From contig CAVPBK010000004.1 in NCBI GenBank assembly GCA_963701855.1, forward strand, positions 96,001-160,000: a stretch of DNA of 64,000 bases, given 5' to 3'. This document shows, one piece after another, positions 1-10,751 of the stretch. This DNA comes from Nitrospirota bacterium (GTDB taxonomy: Bacteria > Nitrospirota > Nitrospiria > Nitrospirales > Nitrospiraceae). A program made the translations under genes and the position numbers. The notes beneath the pieces were generated by a model. The model was not told the DNA's origin and ran no database searches. It saw only the letters and a program-made list of their open reading frames with translations. How positions within the stretch are numbered: the first letter of the stretch is position 1; every line of letters starts with the position of its first letter.

Positions 1-142
1 CAGGCCAGGTGGGTAGATCAGTTACAGGAGCACGGAAAGAAAGGTTAAGGCTTAGGTCAAGGCTGAGATTGAAAAAGGCTGATCTTCACTCAACCTCGAC
101 CTCAGCCTACCTCAAAAGCTGCGGCCTTCTTGAGCAGTCTGA

Positions 143-1066
143 TTAGATCACTTCCTTTGTTGTCTCCTCGATCTCCTCACCACGCCAGGCCGGCAAAATC
201 TCGGCTGCATCATCGTACTCGACTGCTAAATCTGTCTCATCCCCAGTCGGCTCAATCGTATCTTCCCACAATATATTCTGGCCCTGATCATCCTTCATTC
301 GGATGCGAAACTCGATCTGCTGAGATGGAGCCGCCAACCCCTCTGTCTGACCAACAATAGCCCTGTTAACACGCTCTGCCCGCGCAAACCTACCGGCCCC
401 GGCTGAGAACTGATCGGTCCACATCAGCTGGCCGGTTTCTGAATCGACGGCTCGAAGGAAAAACTGGGGTTGACCGTCGATAGCGCTTTGGCTGTGGACC
501 TGGGTCACTATCGCCTGTGGCGCAATAAGGCGGGCCGCAACTCGGTGAGTGGAATCAAATTCTTGATTGCCGGCACTGAGATTTAGGAGACCTTCCCAGA
601 GAAACCGGCCTGTGGCTGCATCATAGACACGGAGCGTGAACGCTGAAAGTCCATCAGTCCCCGGGCCGACTCCCCCCGCAAAAATCCGCTCAAGCGGTTG
701 ACTGCCCGCTGACGCTGCATCCTCTCTCACGTCCAAATCATACGTTTCCTCGGAGAGAATCTCACCGTTCTCGGCATCGTAGGTTTTTACGGTAATCGTC
801 GATCTCTCAGCATTCTCATACCCAACACCAGCTGCCACGACTGTCCTGGGTTTTATCGGCGCGAGAGACGACAGATCGGCAGTCCAGGCTGTCAGCGGAA
901 GGCCCGGACCGATCATGGCACATGCGATCAACCCAACGTAGAACGCCTTCCTCGCCCGTCCTTCAACCCACCGCTCCTGATACACCGGCACGAACTCACG
1001 CCCATTCGGCCTAAACCACCCTCGCACTTCGTCTATCGCCTCAACCAGCCATTGGATGATCGTCAT
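143..1066 (-). CDS. Hypothetical secreted protein with repeated 'lrvYDA.TG.llW' motifs (PQQ/beta-propeller-like repeats)
   Basis: ORF 143..1207; start moved to ATG 1066 behind RBS AAGGGGG. Hydrophobic segment followed by repeats TYDAENGEILSE / VYDAATGRFLWE / AVDSETGQLMWT / MKDDQGQNILWE. Confidence 0.6.
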   Translation of the reverse strand: MTIIQWLVEAIDEVRGWFRPNGREFVPVYQERWVEGRARKAFYVGLIACAMIGPGLPLTAWTADLSSLAPIKPRTVVAAGVGYENAERSTITVKTYDAENGEILSEETYDLDVREDAASAGSQPLERIFAGGVGPGTDGLSAFTLRVYDAATGRFLWEGLLNLSAGNQEFDSTHRVAARLIAPQAIVTQVHSQSAIDGQPQFFLRAVDSETGQLMWTDQFSAGAGRFARAERVNRAIVGQTEGLAAPSQQIEFRIRMKDDQGQNILWEDTIEPTGDETDLAVEYDDAAEILPAWRGEEIEETTKEVI

Positions 1067-1249
1067 GTGCAGATCCCCCTTGCTTAGGCTGGAGTCTCGC
1101 ATTGACGCTCTGTATCGTAAATTCCCCACTGTGGGGAGAAAACCCATCGAAAGAGGGGGTGAGAATGGGAAAGGTTCAAAGGCTGAAGTTCGAGGTTTTT
1201 GGAACATCGAACCAGGAACCTCAAACTTCGAACCGCACCTGTCGCGCAG

Positions 1250-1702
1250 CTACTTGGGTGGCAGCTTACAATTTGGTGTGCCGGGGTTCTCGAAAGGCCT
1301 TGCAAGCGGAACTGTGCCGAATATGGAATATCGATACCGGGCCACAAACCAATACAGCAGATAGCCGAAGGGTTTAACTAGTGGAAAGCTCAAGAGAACT
1401 GTGAGGACTCGTCCACCCTTAAGGCCAGGGAGGAGGGCCAGAAAGGCATCGAGCCCACGGGCGATCTCCCCGTTAGGGTGGACCAGGAAAGCGGCGTTGG
1501 GGCGACCTGGCTGATAGCTCTCCCCCAAGGCCTGCTTGGCCTCCTCGCTCTGATACGGAACCATCCGTACCGGGATAGCATCCGCATGAGTCTCCAGTCG
1601 CTCAAGACCCTGCTTGGCGGTGACACAGAGGCGGCATTGACCGTCGTAGACCAGAAGACAGGCCTGAGACACTCTGTCGGATGGATCTGCCATCTTTTTC
1701 AT
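1250..1702 (-). CDS. DCC1-like (DUF393/YuxK) thiol-disulfide oxidoreductase family protein
   Basis: N-terminal VYDGQCRLC (DxxCxxC) motif and C-terminal 'Y.FVARYRYSIFG' typical of the family. Confidence 0.85.
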   Translation of the reverse strand: MKKMADPSDRVSQACLLVYDGQCRLCVTAKQGLERLETHADAIPVRMVPYQSEEAKQALGESYQPGRPNAAFLVHPNGEIARGLDAFLALLPGLKGGRVLTVLLSFPLVKPFGYLLYWFVARYRYSIFGTVPLARPFENPGTPNCKLPPK

Positions 1703-1919
1703 TTCTCACGCTCGTCTACTCACCTGCACGCTTGGGACAAACTTGGTCTGTCTGGTCTATCTAGTTCATCTGGTTAGTTCATTCAATTCAACACACGAGA
1801 CTGACCAAATAGGCCAGATAGACCGAACAGGCCAAATGAACAAGACAGATTGGCAGGGCTTTTTCAGCATCCTGCTCGTCCTATTGCTGTGTGAGGCAGA
1901 CGCAGGTATCATCCCGTCC

Positions 1920-2336
1920 ATGCGACACACTTGGACGATTATCGGTCTACTCGCGGGACTCTGCCTCATCGGAGCCAATACCACCCAAATGATACCGGCT
2001 GCGACGGAGGCCATCCGAGTCGGATGGATGCTGTATCTCCTCGCATTTCCTATCGCCCTCGCGGGCCTCGTGTGGATGGGATGGAGCTGGACCGCCATGG
2101 CCTGCGTCATTTATGGAACGGTGGGATTGGCCTTAGACCTTGCCACGATAACGAGCATCCTGGGTGGACAAGGCGAACCCGGCGCCTTGCTCCTCTTCAG
2201 TGTGATGAGCGGAACCGTGAACTTTTTACTGATCCTGTTCGGCGGGCGGGCGTTTTTTCATTCGTTCCAGGGGACCGCGCTTCCAGTATCCCGCCCTCCC
2301 AGTCCTCCGTCCCCTTCTTCATCCGCAAGACCTTGA
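1920..2336 (+). CDS. Hypothetical membrane protein (~4 TM helices)
   Basis: ATG 1920 within ORF 1743..2336; four hydrophobic stretches; 3' end overlaps the convergent methyltransferase tail. Confidence 0.55.
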   Translation: MRHTWTIIGLLAGLCLIGANTTQMIPAATEAIRVGWMLYLLAFPIALAGLVWMGWSWTAMACVIYGTVGLALDLATITSILGGQGEPGALLLFSVMSGTVNFLLILFGGRAFFHSFQGTALPVSRPPSPPSPSSSARP

Positions 2337-3273
2337 TCCGTTCGAATCCGGCATCCGTCAACCACGCCCTCGTCTCGGCTACCGAATAGGTATTGCCCCG
2401 CTCAGTGAACAACAACATTGAGACAGCAAAGAGACTCGCCTCTTCGGGAAACAGGCCGTCCCGCCCGTAGAGAAAGGCATCTTGAATCAGCAGGCGGCCT
2501 CCGGAATTCAATGAAGCCAACGCGCGCCGAAACAGCGCCTGATTGTCTTTCGGCGAATATATATGGAGCACGTTTGAATACCAGATGACATCGTAAGCGC
2601 CGGGAATGGCTTCTGTCAGCAAATCCAACGGTAGGTATGAGAGTCGCGGGCCAGCCTTGTGAGTTGAAGCAATCTCCTTTGCCACGTCGAGGGCTGCGGG
2701 ACGGTCGCACACCGTGGCACGGAGCGTGGCGTTCTTTGCAAGAAAGGCCATGGCATAGGTGCCGGGACCGCCGCCAAGATCGAGCAGGGTCCGCGTGCCA
2801 CGCAGGTCGATCTGAGCGGCAATCTTCGGAGCCGTCTCCAGAGTCCGGTGATGCATCGCCCATGTGAACCGGCGACGATAGTCCGGCTCCTCCGGTTCAT
2901 CGTGATCGAGCGGCAACCCATTCTTCACCGATTCCAGCAAGCGGCCCCAATCGGCCCAGTGACTCGTGATCAGCTGGAGATAGTCCCCCCGATAGGCCGG
3001 ATGATGGGCATTCAACGCCGTAGCGCCCAATCGGCTATTCCGATAGGTCTCTCCCTGCTTCTTCAGCAGGCCGGCCATCGCGAGATTCCGGCAGAAAATG
3101 GCCAGTCCCCGCTCACTCACTTTCATCTCACGAGCCAGATCAGGAATCGTCCAAGAGCCCGTTCCGACGGCCGTGAAGAGGTCCAGTTCGATGGCAGCGA
3201 TCAGGACCCGCGGCAACCGGTACGCCGTTATTGCATCGCGAAATTCGTCGAACGTGGCGATCTGTCTGTTCAC
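2197..3273 (-). CDS. SAM-dependent O-methyltransferase (dimerisation domain + Methyltransf_2)
   Basis: LLDLGGGPG SAM motif and YSNVLH; GTG start overlaps the upstream TGA (GTGA). Confidence 0.9.
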   Translation of the reverse strand: MNRQIATFDEFRDAITAYRLPRVLIAAIELDLFTAVGTGSWTIPDLAREMKVSERGLAIFCRNLAMAGLLKKQGETYRNSRLGATALNAHHPAYRGDYLQLITSHWADWGRLLESVKNGLPLDHDEPEEPDYRRRFTWAMHHRTLETAPKIAAQIDLRGTRTLLDLGGGPGTYAMAFLAKNATLRATVCDRPAALDVAKEIASTHKAGPRLSYLPLDLLTEAIPGAYDVIWYSNVLHIYSPKDNQALFRRALASLNSGGRLLIQDAFLYGRDGLFPEEASLFAVSMLLFTERGNTYSVAETRAWLTDAGFERIKVLRMKKGTEDWEGGILEARSPGTNEKTPARRTGSVKSSRFRSSH

Positions 3274-3707
3274 CCGGCCACGCCAATCGTCTTCACACAC
3301 CAGCGCATCAGGTCCTGCAAGGCTGTGGGGTTTGTCAGGTCTACGTTCCGTTCGAAACGAGCGGCCACATAGTCATCGGTTATCTCTGTCTGTTCTGAAA
3401 AACCTGACTTCAACAGAACCGCACGGTATTTTGCGACTGCCGGTTGGATGTAATACTTGGCTTGCTTCGCGATCTCATCGGGACCAAGATCCTCAGGCGT
3501 CCCATCGGATAGCAACGCCATCACATCATCCAGTGCCATGCCATACTGGCAGAGCAGCAATCCATCCGGCGTCAACTCCAGCAGCCAGCCATCGGATCCA
3601 AGATCCATCGCCAGCGCACCGCCTGCTTCGAATTCCTGCAATTGGGGAAAAGCGGGAACCAGCGAGGCCTTGAGAGCAATCCACGCCTGCGAGGCTTCTT
3701 CACTCAT
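3270..3707 (-). CDS. Conserved hypothetical protein
   Basis: 145-aa ORF translationally coupled to both neighbours (ATGA/GTGA overlaps). Confidence 0.75.
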   Translation of the reverse strand: MSEEASQAWIALKASLVPAFPQLQEFEAGGALAMDLGSDGWLLELTPDGLLLCQYGMALDDVMALLSDGTPEDLGPDEIAKQAKYYIQPAVAKYRAVLLKSGFSEQTEITDDYVAARFERNVDLTNPTALQDLMRWCVKTIGVAG

Positions 3708-4528
3708 GTGTGTGCCTTTCTCGGAGGCGGCGCCCCATTCTGCCCAGCAAGACTGGCGTGCAAGACCGCCAACCGTTGAATATTTTCTTCAAGTTTAGGT
3801 AACTGGTATTTTCGATCCATATGCACCACCAGTTCAAGAAGATCCGCCGCCTCCCGTAGCTTGCCGGTCTCCTCATAACACTGGACCAACACATAACGAG
3901 CGCCGCCTGTCCGCAGCTCATCGCGTGCGCGCTCGGCAATGGATTGGCTGGTTTGGCAACAGGCAATCGCGTCGTCGTAGCGCTGCTGGAGCAAAAAGGT
4001 TCGACCGATCATGCGCCAGGCATCCGCCACGCCGCCTTCATTCCCCAACCGCCGCATTAGAACCAGCGACTGTTCATAGTATCCGATCGCCTGCTCGAAC
4101 TCTTTGGTTTCGCGCGCGACCAAACCAAGGTCCGAAAACAACACCGCTTTGCCTGCGTCATCCTGCGTCTTGCACATGAGGTCCAACGCTTCGAGATAGT
4201 AGGCCTTGGCGCGATCCCATTCGCCCGCATCGGCCCTGAGATTTCCCAAATTGCCCAACGTCGTCCCGATCCCCTTTTCATCCCCTAGAATCTTCTGGAG
4301 TTCCAACACCTCTTGATAGTAGGTCTGGGCCGATTCCCGACGCCCACTGACTGCACAAATGTTTCCAAGGTTTCCCAGCGTGGTGGCCAACGCCCGTTGA
4401 TCCCCGGTCAGCCGATCGCATTCCAACGCCTTCGCATAGCAGGTATAGGCATCGGTGTAGAGCCCGCGCGAAAAATGCTCGTTTCCCTGGCGATTGAGTT
4501 CTTCGGAAAGACCGTTGCGTAGCGTCAT
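3704..4528 (-). CDS. Tetratricopeptide repeat protein
   Basis: Repeated 'TLGNLGN....G....A..YY.EAL' TPR motifs. Confidence 0.9.
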   Translation of the reverse strand: MTLRNGLSEELNRQGNEHFSRGLYTDAYTCYAKALECDRLTGDQRALATTLGNLGNICAVSGRRESAQTYYQEVLELQKILGDEKGIGTTLGNLGNLRADAGEWDRAKAYYLEALDLMCKTQDDAGKAVLFSDLGLVARETKEFEQAIGYYEQSLVLMRRLGNEGGVADAWRMIGRTFLLQQRYDDAIACCQTSQSIAERARDELRTGGARYVLVQCYEETGKLREAADLLELVVHMDRKYQLPKLEENIQRLAVLHASLAGQNGAPPPRKAHT

Positions 4529-5127
4529 GATGCGGGCTGGAGCAATCGTTCGACCGCTTGCTTGGCGCCGGTGAGAATCGAGGCGCCGTCACCGACCAAC
4601 AGACTATCGAAATTGTACTTGAAGAGACGCCGCAATCCCTCTTGGGCCTTCCCCATATCGGCATACTTTTCAGCAGGCAGGAGACTGACGGAACCGGACG
4701 GCTTCCCGATCAACGCATCGCCGACAATCAGTACACCCTTCCCCTGCTGAACAAACAAAGCCGACTCACCGGGAGACTTCTGGTCTTTCAACTGAATCAC
4801 CCAGATCCCGCCCGTGAGCAATTCCCCGTCTTTGAACGTTTTGGTTGGCTTGAGATCCATCTGCGCTGCATCCGCCTCCGGCACCTGCAGTTGACAGCGC
4901 AGCTCGCCTTGGTACCTCGCCGCTTCGCGCGCATGATCGCGATTCGTCACGATGATGTAATCGACAGGTCCGTTGCGGAGAATCAGCGAACTCGCGTCGC
5001 CAGTCATTGGCGGAGGGTCTATCAGAATCTTATGCTCCCCGACCGTCAGAAAAAGCCCGTTGAAATCAAGCTGCTTCTCCTCAGAGAACCAGGACCATTG
5101 CCAAATGCCGGGAAGCAGGTTCTTCAT
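4525..5127 (-). CDS. Metallo-beta-lactamase-fold hydrolase-like protein
   Basis: ILIDPP, degenerate metal motif TNRDH, SPGES, VGDAL, LLVGDG. Confidence 0.75.
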   Translation of the reverse strand: MKNLLPGIWQWSWFSEEKQLDFNGLFLTVGEHKILIDPPPMTGDASSLILRNGPVDYIIVTNRDHAREAARYQGELRCQLQVPEADAAQMDLKPTKTFKDGELLTGGIWVIQLKDQKSPGESALFVQQGKGVLIVGDALIGKPSGSVSLLPAEKYADMGKAQEGLRRLFKYNFDSLLVGDGASILTGAKQAVERLLQPAS

Positions 5128-5196
5128 TGGATATGCAGGTTGAGACTCAGGCTAAGGCCGAGACTTCTCTGAGCCTCAGCCTTGACCTTAGCCTTC

Positions 5197-5445
5197 CTAA
5201 AGCGCCGCGACAGCATCCTTCACAACTTTCGTCACCTTCGCCAGAATGCTGGCTTCGTTGGGCAGATCGATGATGTCGTCTTCCGAGACTGTAATGAATT
5301 TCCGATTCGGCCCCTTCGTGAGGGAAATCAGAAACATGCTATTAGAAGGCGTCACAGGGATCACCACCTGCACAGCTCCATCAGTCCCCTTTACCACTTC
5401 TAAAAACTTCTGCTTTCCCTCTTCCATCTCGTCCATGCTCTCCAC
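5197..5445 (-). CDS. Small hypothetical protein
   Basis: 82-aa ORF with RBS, protein-like composition, co-oriented with the downstream cluster. Confidence 0.65.
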   Translation of the reverse strand: MESMDEMEEGKQKFLEVVKGTDGAVQVVIPVTPSNSMFLISLTKGPNRKFITVSEDDIIDLPNEASILAKVTKVVKDAVAAL

Positions 5446-5575
5446 CTTCCTCTTCCACCAGGCAGGCGATCCTTTTCGCGGCAGTGGTCGGGTTGTCTCC
5501 TATTGCGCGCATCGACCGATCATCTTCTGAGGTGAGGGGTCTGCGAGTAGGGAGACGTCCCGACCGCTGCCGCTC

Positions 5576-6106
5576 TTACATTTTACTTCCGCCGGCCAAC
5601 AACTTTTCGACTTCCGCCACAATCACCGCTTCACCCGCCAGATCCATATCGCCGACTCGCTGCCACCGGATCACACCCTGTTGATCGATCACATACACGT
5701 TAGGGATAAACTTCCCCCCGCCATACAATTTGTCCGTCACCTTGTTCGGATCCAGCAGGTAGGGATACGTGACTTTCACCGGAAAAGCAGACAAGAACTC
5801 GCCGACACTCTTTTTGGAGTCGCCGGAAGAATTGACGCCGAGCACTGCCACGTCCTTCCCTTTCGTCATCTCAGAAACTTTTTGGAGCGCCGTTCCCTGC
5901 ATCATACAGGGTTCGCAGATATGAAACAGTCCAAGCACCACGATTTTACCTTTATAGGTATCCAGCCCCAAGGTCTCACCGGTAATGGCCGTCAACGCAA
6001 ACGAGGGCGCCTTCTCACCCACCTTGAACAGTCCCGCGGCAAGCACCAGATGGGTCGCAAGAAGAGGGACCAGCAGTATCCCAAGGGCGACGATCATTCG
6101 TTTCAT
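5576..6106 (-). CDS. Periplasmic redoxin (AhpC/TSA / TlpA-like thioredoxin fold)
   Basis: Signal peptide, 'VGEKAPSFAL', CEPC motif, 'IPNVYVIDQQGVIR'; RBS GGAGG before ATG 6106. Confidence 0.85.
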   Translation of the reverse strand: MKRMIVALGILLVPLLATHLVLAAGLFKVGEKAPSFALTAITGETLGLDTYKGKIVVLGLFHICEPCMMQGTALQKVSEMTKGKDVAVLGVNSSGDSKKSVGEFLSAFPVKVTYPYLLDPNKVTDKLYGGGKFIPNVYVIDQQGVIRWQRVGDMDLAGEAVIVAEVEKLLAGGSKM

Positions 6107-6247
6107 CACGGCCTCCATTGCTTTAGAAGTCCTGAGTCCTGAGCGAGAAAACAATCAAACCAGCTCAGCTCTTCCTGACGCGCCATCCTACCATGCAGGT
6201 TTTTTCATGGGCAATGGCGGCAGGCGAGCGATCACTTACTACTTTAC

Positions 6248-6518
6248 TAAGGGGTGGCTGGGATGATCCCAACTGCGCGCGATATTCCGCCCACCCTCAG
6301 TAGATTTCTTACCCACCCAACCCCCGGCTGCTTGCCAGCCGCTCACCTGAGACGCGCTTCATCCCAAGCGAGGGCCTTCCAATTCTCTATACCTCTCTCT
6401 AGGGGAGTAGCCAGGCTGCCCTCGACTGCGCGCATCGGACGAGCACAGTTTCATCGTGCGCGTTCTGCGAGCAAGGAGGGCGCCTGGCCGCTCCCCGCAC
6501 CTCTTTTTCAGCAGCCTG
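6248..6518. repeat. Dispersed composite repeat (family B core; family A-type end TTTTTCAGCAGCCTG)
   Basis: Core 'ctgcgcgcatc.gacgagcac......cgtgcgcgttctgcgagcaag..gg...ctggccgctccc' is shared with 13944-14227 and, inverted, with 32588-32835. Confidence 0.85.
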
Positions 6519-6520
6519 CG

Positions 6521-7996
6521 TTAGAGGGATGGGTCGAAGAGGCCCAACTGCAACTCCTCAGCGCGGGTCAGAGGAATGGGGTAGCGTTCGGTAAAGCAGG
6601 CGTTGCAGTACTGGCCCGGATTTCCGGGGGAAGCGTTCAGCATGCCATCGAGACTCAAATAGGCGAGACTATCGGCGGTGATGTACTTCCGAATCTCTTC
6701 TGTCGTGTGACTGGAGGCAATGAGTTCCTTCCTGGTGGGCGTGTCGATGCCGTAGAAGCATGGCGAAACGATCGGTGGCGAACTGATGCGCATATGCACT
6801 TCTTTGGCCCCGGCATTGCGAAGCATCTTCACAATTTTACGGCTCGTCGTGCCTCGCACCAGCGAATCATCGACCACAATGACCCGCTTTCCCTCCAATA
6901 CCTCCGGCACGGCATTGAGCTTGACCTTTACACCGAAGTGACGAATCGACTGTTCCGGCTCAATGAACGTGCGTCCGACATAGTGATTTCGAATCAGCCC
7001 AAGTTCAAATGGAATCCCCGCCCCCTCGGCATAACCGAGCGAAGCAGGCACCCCGGAGTCCGGCACAGGAATGACAACATCAGCCGGCACCGACGATTCC
7101 TTTGCCAGTTGCCTGCCCAAAGCCTTGCGCGTGACATAGACCGCGTTCGCGCCAAAGATCTTGCTGTCCGGCCTGGCAAAGTACACATATTCAAAGACGC
7201 ACATGGCGGGACTGACCGGCGCAAATGGCTTATAACTCGTTACACCCTTGTCATTCAGCAGGACCAACTCGCCAGGCTCAACCTCGCGTACAACTTCAGC
7301 TCCAAGCAGATCGAACGCACAGGTTTCCGACGCCACGAGGTAGGTATCGCCCAGTCGACCGAGACAGAGGGGCCGGAACCCATGAGGATCGCGGACCGCG
7401 ATAACTCCCTCGTCCGTCTGCAAGACGAGCGAAAACGCCCCTCGCACCTGACTCAACGCATCGATGATGCGGGCCAGCAGCGTATCGGCCCGCGAATGCG
7501 CAATCAAATGGATGATGACTTCGCTGTCCGAGGTGGATTGAAAAATGGCGCCGTACGCTTCGAGTTCGTGACGCAGCACTTGAGCATTGATGAGATTGCC
7601 GTTATGGGCAAGTGCCAGGTTCCCAAACGCAAAGTTGACCGAGAACGGCTGGACGTTCTTGAGATCGTTTCCCCCAGCGGTGGAGTAGCGATTGTGGCCG
7701 ATCGCCATCGAACCGATTAATTGATCGAGCGCCTGGGGATTATAAATATCCGCAACATGCCCCTTCCCTTTATGGATATAAAACTGCTCGCCATCGCCTG
7801 AAACAATGCCGGAGGCTTCCTGTCCACGATGCTGCAGGGCATACAACCCAAGATAGGTGAGGTTTGCTGCTTCCTTGTGGCCATAAATGCCGAAGACGGC
7901 GCATTCGTCGTGGAACTTATCGGGGCTCTCACGTGAAACGTGAAACGTGAGAGGTGAAACGACGGGAAGTTCTCTCTTGGTTCGATGCTTATCCAT
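6521..7996 (-). CDS. purF: Amidophosphoribosyltransferase
   Basis: FHDECAVFG (Ntn Cys after propeptide), QHRGQE, HNRYST, PRPP motif [11 protein letters not shown], Fe-S Cys residues. Confidence 0.98.
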   Translation of the reverse strand: MDKHRTKRELPVVSPLTFHVSRESPDKFHDECAVFGIYGHKEAANLTYLGLYALQHRGQEASGIVSGDGEQFYIHKGKGHVADIYNPQALDQLIGSMAIGHNRYSTAGGNDLKNVQPFSVNFAFGNLALAHNGNLINAQVLRHELEAYGAIFQSTSDSEVIIHLIAHSRADTLLARIIDALSQVRGAFSLVLQTDEGVIAVRDPHGFRPLCLGRLGDTYLVASETCAFDLLGAEVVREVEPGELVLLNDKGVTSYKPFAPVSPAMCVFEYVYFARPDSKIFGANAVYVTRKALGRQLAKESSVPADVVIPVPDSGVPASLGYAEGAGIPFELGLIRNHYVGRTFIEPEQSIRHFGVKVKLNAVPEVLEGKRVIVVDDSLVRGTTSRKIVKMLRNAGAKEVHMRISSPPIVSPCFYGIDTPTRKELIASSHTTEEIRKYITADSLAYLSLDGMLNASPGNPGQYCNACFTERYPIPLTRAEELQLGLFDPSL

Positions 7997-8021
7997 GCTT
8001 TAACGTTTCACGGTTTACGTT

Positions 8022-10258
8022 TTACGTCTGGTTCAGCGCGCGTTCGATCGAAAAGGCCCACCGGTCGTGGAGTTGCTCGACCGGGAGGTCGATGCGGCAA
8101 CCCTTGCTCCATTGCCCCTTCTCCACATCGATGACGAACCGATCGCCTCCCACCGTCCCGATCTTCATCGCTGGAATACCTGAATCCCATGCGCGATTCA
8201 AGAGATGATCGGCCATCTCAGGCTTCACCGAAAGGACCACCCGTGATTGACTCTCACCGAATAAGAGGGCATCCAGCCGCGAGGCATCGAGGGCTAACTG
8301 TACCACAGCCCCTCTCCTGCTGTCCGGGGCAGAGATACAACATTCAGCTAATGCGACGGACAACCCGCCATCTGAGCAATCGTGAGCAGATTGCACAACT
8401 CCCTCACGGATCACATTCAAGATGAAGTCATGGAGGGCCTTCTCCGTTTCAAGACTAAGTAACGGCGGCGATCCCTGCTCCCGGTGATGGAGCACTTTCA
8501 GATATTCACTGCCGCCCAGATCCTCCCGCGTCTTGCCCAGGAGGAGAATCGCGTCGCCGTCCTGCTTGAACCACTGTGTCATCGTCTTATCGGCCGACTC
8601 GATCAGACCCACCATTCCTAACATCGGCGTGGGATAAATCGAGAGACCGTTAGTCTCGTTGTAGAAGCTCACATTGCCGCTGACGATGGGCACCTTGAAA
8701 TACTCGCAGGCATCCTTCATCCCTTCGATCGCCAACACAAACTGCCACATAACTTCGGGCCGCTCGGGGTTGCCGAAATTCAAACAGTCCGTAAGACCAA
8801 TCGGCTCTGCGCCGGAGCAGACCAGATTCCGCGCCGCCTCGGCCACCGCAAGTCGAGCCCCCTCATAGGGATGCAGCAGGCAATAGCGGCTATTACAGTC
8901 CACCGTCATCGCGAGGGCTTTATTCGTCCCCTTGATCCGAACCACCGCCGCATCGGAACCAGGCCGGACCATCGTGTTGGTTCGCACCATGTGGTCATAC
9001 TGCTCATAGACCCAGCGTTTGCTCGCTATCGTCGGCGACTCCAGCAAGGACAACAGCGCAGCAGTCGCATCCTTTACATCAGGCAACGCATCGTAATTCA
9101 AATTGGTCAACATATCCTGGTAGCCTGGCGGCGAATAGGGCCGCTCGTAACGTGGACCGTCGTCGGCCAGCGACTTCGCCGGAATCTCTGCCACCACCTT
9201 GCCTTGGTCCTTCACACGCAAAATCCCGTCGCCCGTAACCCGCCCCACCACCGCCACGTCGAGATCCCACTTCTTACAGATCCTGATACATTCCTCTTCC
9301 TTGCCCGCCTGCGCCACCATCAGCATGCGTTCCTGAGATTCCGACAGCATCAATTCATACGGCGTCATGCCTGGCTCACGCCGCGGTACATCGGTCAGGT
9401 CCAGGTCGATTCCGTTACCGGCACGCGACGCCATTTCACAGGACGAACTAGTCAACCCTGCCGCCCCCATGTCCTGAATACCCACGAGCAATTCGCCAGC
9501 CATCAGTTCAAGACAGGCTTCCAGCAACAGCTTCTCGGTAAAGGGATCACCCACCTGCACGGTAGGCCGCTTCTGCTCCGACTGGTCGTCAAAAGAATCG
9601 GACGCCATCGTCGCGCCATGAATTCCGTCACGGCCCGTCTTCGAACCGAAATAGATCACCGGATTGCCGACCCCGGCCGCTGTGCCAAGAAAGATCTTGT
9701 CCTTGTGCGCAATGCCAAGACAAAACACGTTCACGAGAGGATTCTGCGAATAGATATCGTTGAAAACAATTTCGCCTCCGACCGTCGGCACACCCATACA
9801 ATTGCCATAGCCCGCGATGCCGGCCACGACACCCTTCATGAGATGGCGATTCTTAGCCGTGTCGAGCCCGCCGAACCGCAGCGCGTCGAGCAAGGCAATC
9901 GGCCGCGCGCCCATCGTAAAGATATCGCGCAGAATCCCCCCACCCCCGTCGCCGCACCCTGATAGGGCTCGATGAACGAAGGATGGTTGTGCGACTCCAT
10001 CTTGAACACCGCGCAGAGCCCATCGCCGATATCCACAGCCCCAGCATTTTCTCCCGGCCCCTGCACCACCCGAGGCCCCGTCGTCGGCAGCTTCTTCAAA
10101 TGCACGCGCGAACTCTTATAGGAGCAATGCTCCGACCACATCACGGAGAACATGCCCAGCTCAGTGATATTCGGCTCTCGCCCGAGAATCTCGACGATCT
10201 TCTTATACTCGTCGTCCGTCAAATTATGCTGCGCGATGAGGTCTTTGGTAATAATCAT
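8022..10258 (-). CDS. purL: Phosphoribosylformylglycinamidine synthase subunit PurL (apparent 1-nt frameshift at ~9936-9941, probably a sequencing error)
   Basis: ORF 9836..10273 has WSEHCSYKS and ESHNHPS; ORF 8022..9914 has the remainder. Adding one G to the G6 run restores [18 protein letters not shown]. Confidence 0.95.
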
Positions 10259-10572
10259 CCAGTCACATCCCACTTACCTGGCTCATAGTGCATCATCAAA
10301 TCCCGGCTAGCATGAATCACAGCTTCGATGTAACAGGTGCCTTGGCGAATTTCGTAGATAATCCGATATGCTCCATGAATCAGTTCTCGGAAGTTCGATA
10401 ACTCGTATTCGGGGACCACTCTCCCAAGCCAAGGGTACTCCTTGAGAACCAGTGGCGCCCGAACCAATCGTTTCGAGAAACGCTCCGCATACCGCGGAGA
10501 ATCCATGGCAATGTATCTGACGATAATTTCTAAATCCTTTAGCGCCGGTCCTGTCCAGACGACTTTAGCCAC
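10255..10572 (-). CDS. Type II TA toxin, RelE/ParE family
   Basis: '[22 protein letters not shown]...P..GRVVPE....RELI...YRIIYE......VIH..RD'. Confidence 0.9.
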   Translation of the reverse strand: MAKVVWTGPALKDLEIIVRYIAMDSPRYAERFSKRLVRAPLVLKEYPWLGRVVPEYELSNFRELIHGAYRIIYEIRQGTCYIEAVIHASRDLMMHYEPGKWDVTG

Positions 10573-10751
10573 TGATCCACCCTCTTTTCCGCCTCCTCCT
10601 GAGAAATAATGTCACCGGCGTCTACTGCAGCCACTCCGCGTTCAATCTTCTCCCTGACATAGATGTGGTACTGGATGTCCTCCCACGTGCAATCCTCAGG
10701 AAGAGATTCCAGCATCTTTTTCATTTCCTCTTTGACCGTGGCCTTGCTCAT
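10539..10751 (-). CDS. Putative antitoxin of the RelE/ParE toxin
   Basis: 70-aa acidic ORF 'LPEDCTWEDIQYHIYVREKIERG...G..ISQEE' overlapping the toxin start. Confidence 0.8.
   Translation of the reverse strand: MSKATVKEEMKKMLESLPEDCTWEDIQYHIYVREKIERGVAAVDAGDIISQEEAEKRVDQWLKSSGQDRR

Noticed and set aside
6254..7720. 488-aa plus-strand ORF
   Set aside because: Antisense shadow of purF; its N-terminus is translated repeat family B.
9936..9947. Phase-variable or programmed frameshift in purL
   Set aside because: The G6 run is short, the gene is core metabolic, and similar indels affect many unrelated genes, so a sequencing error is more likely.
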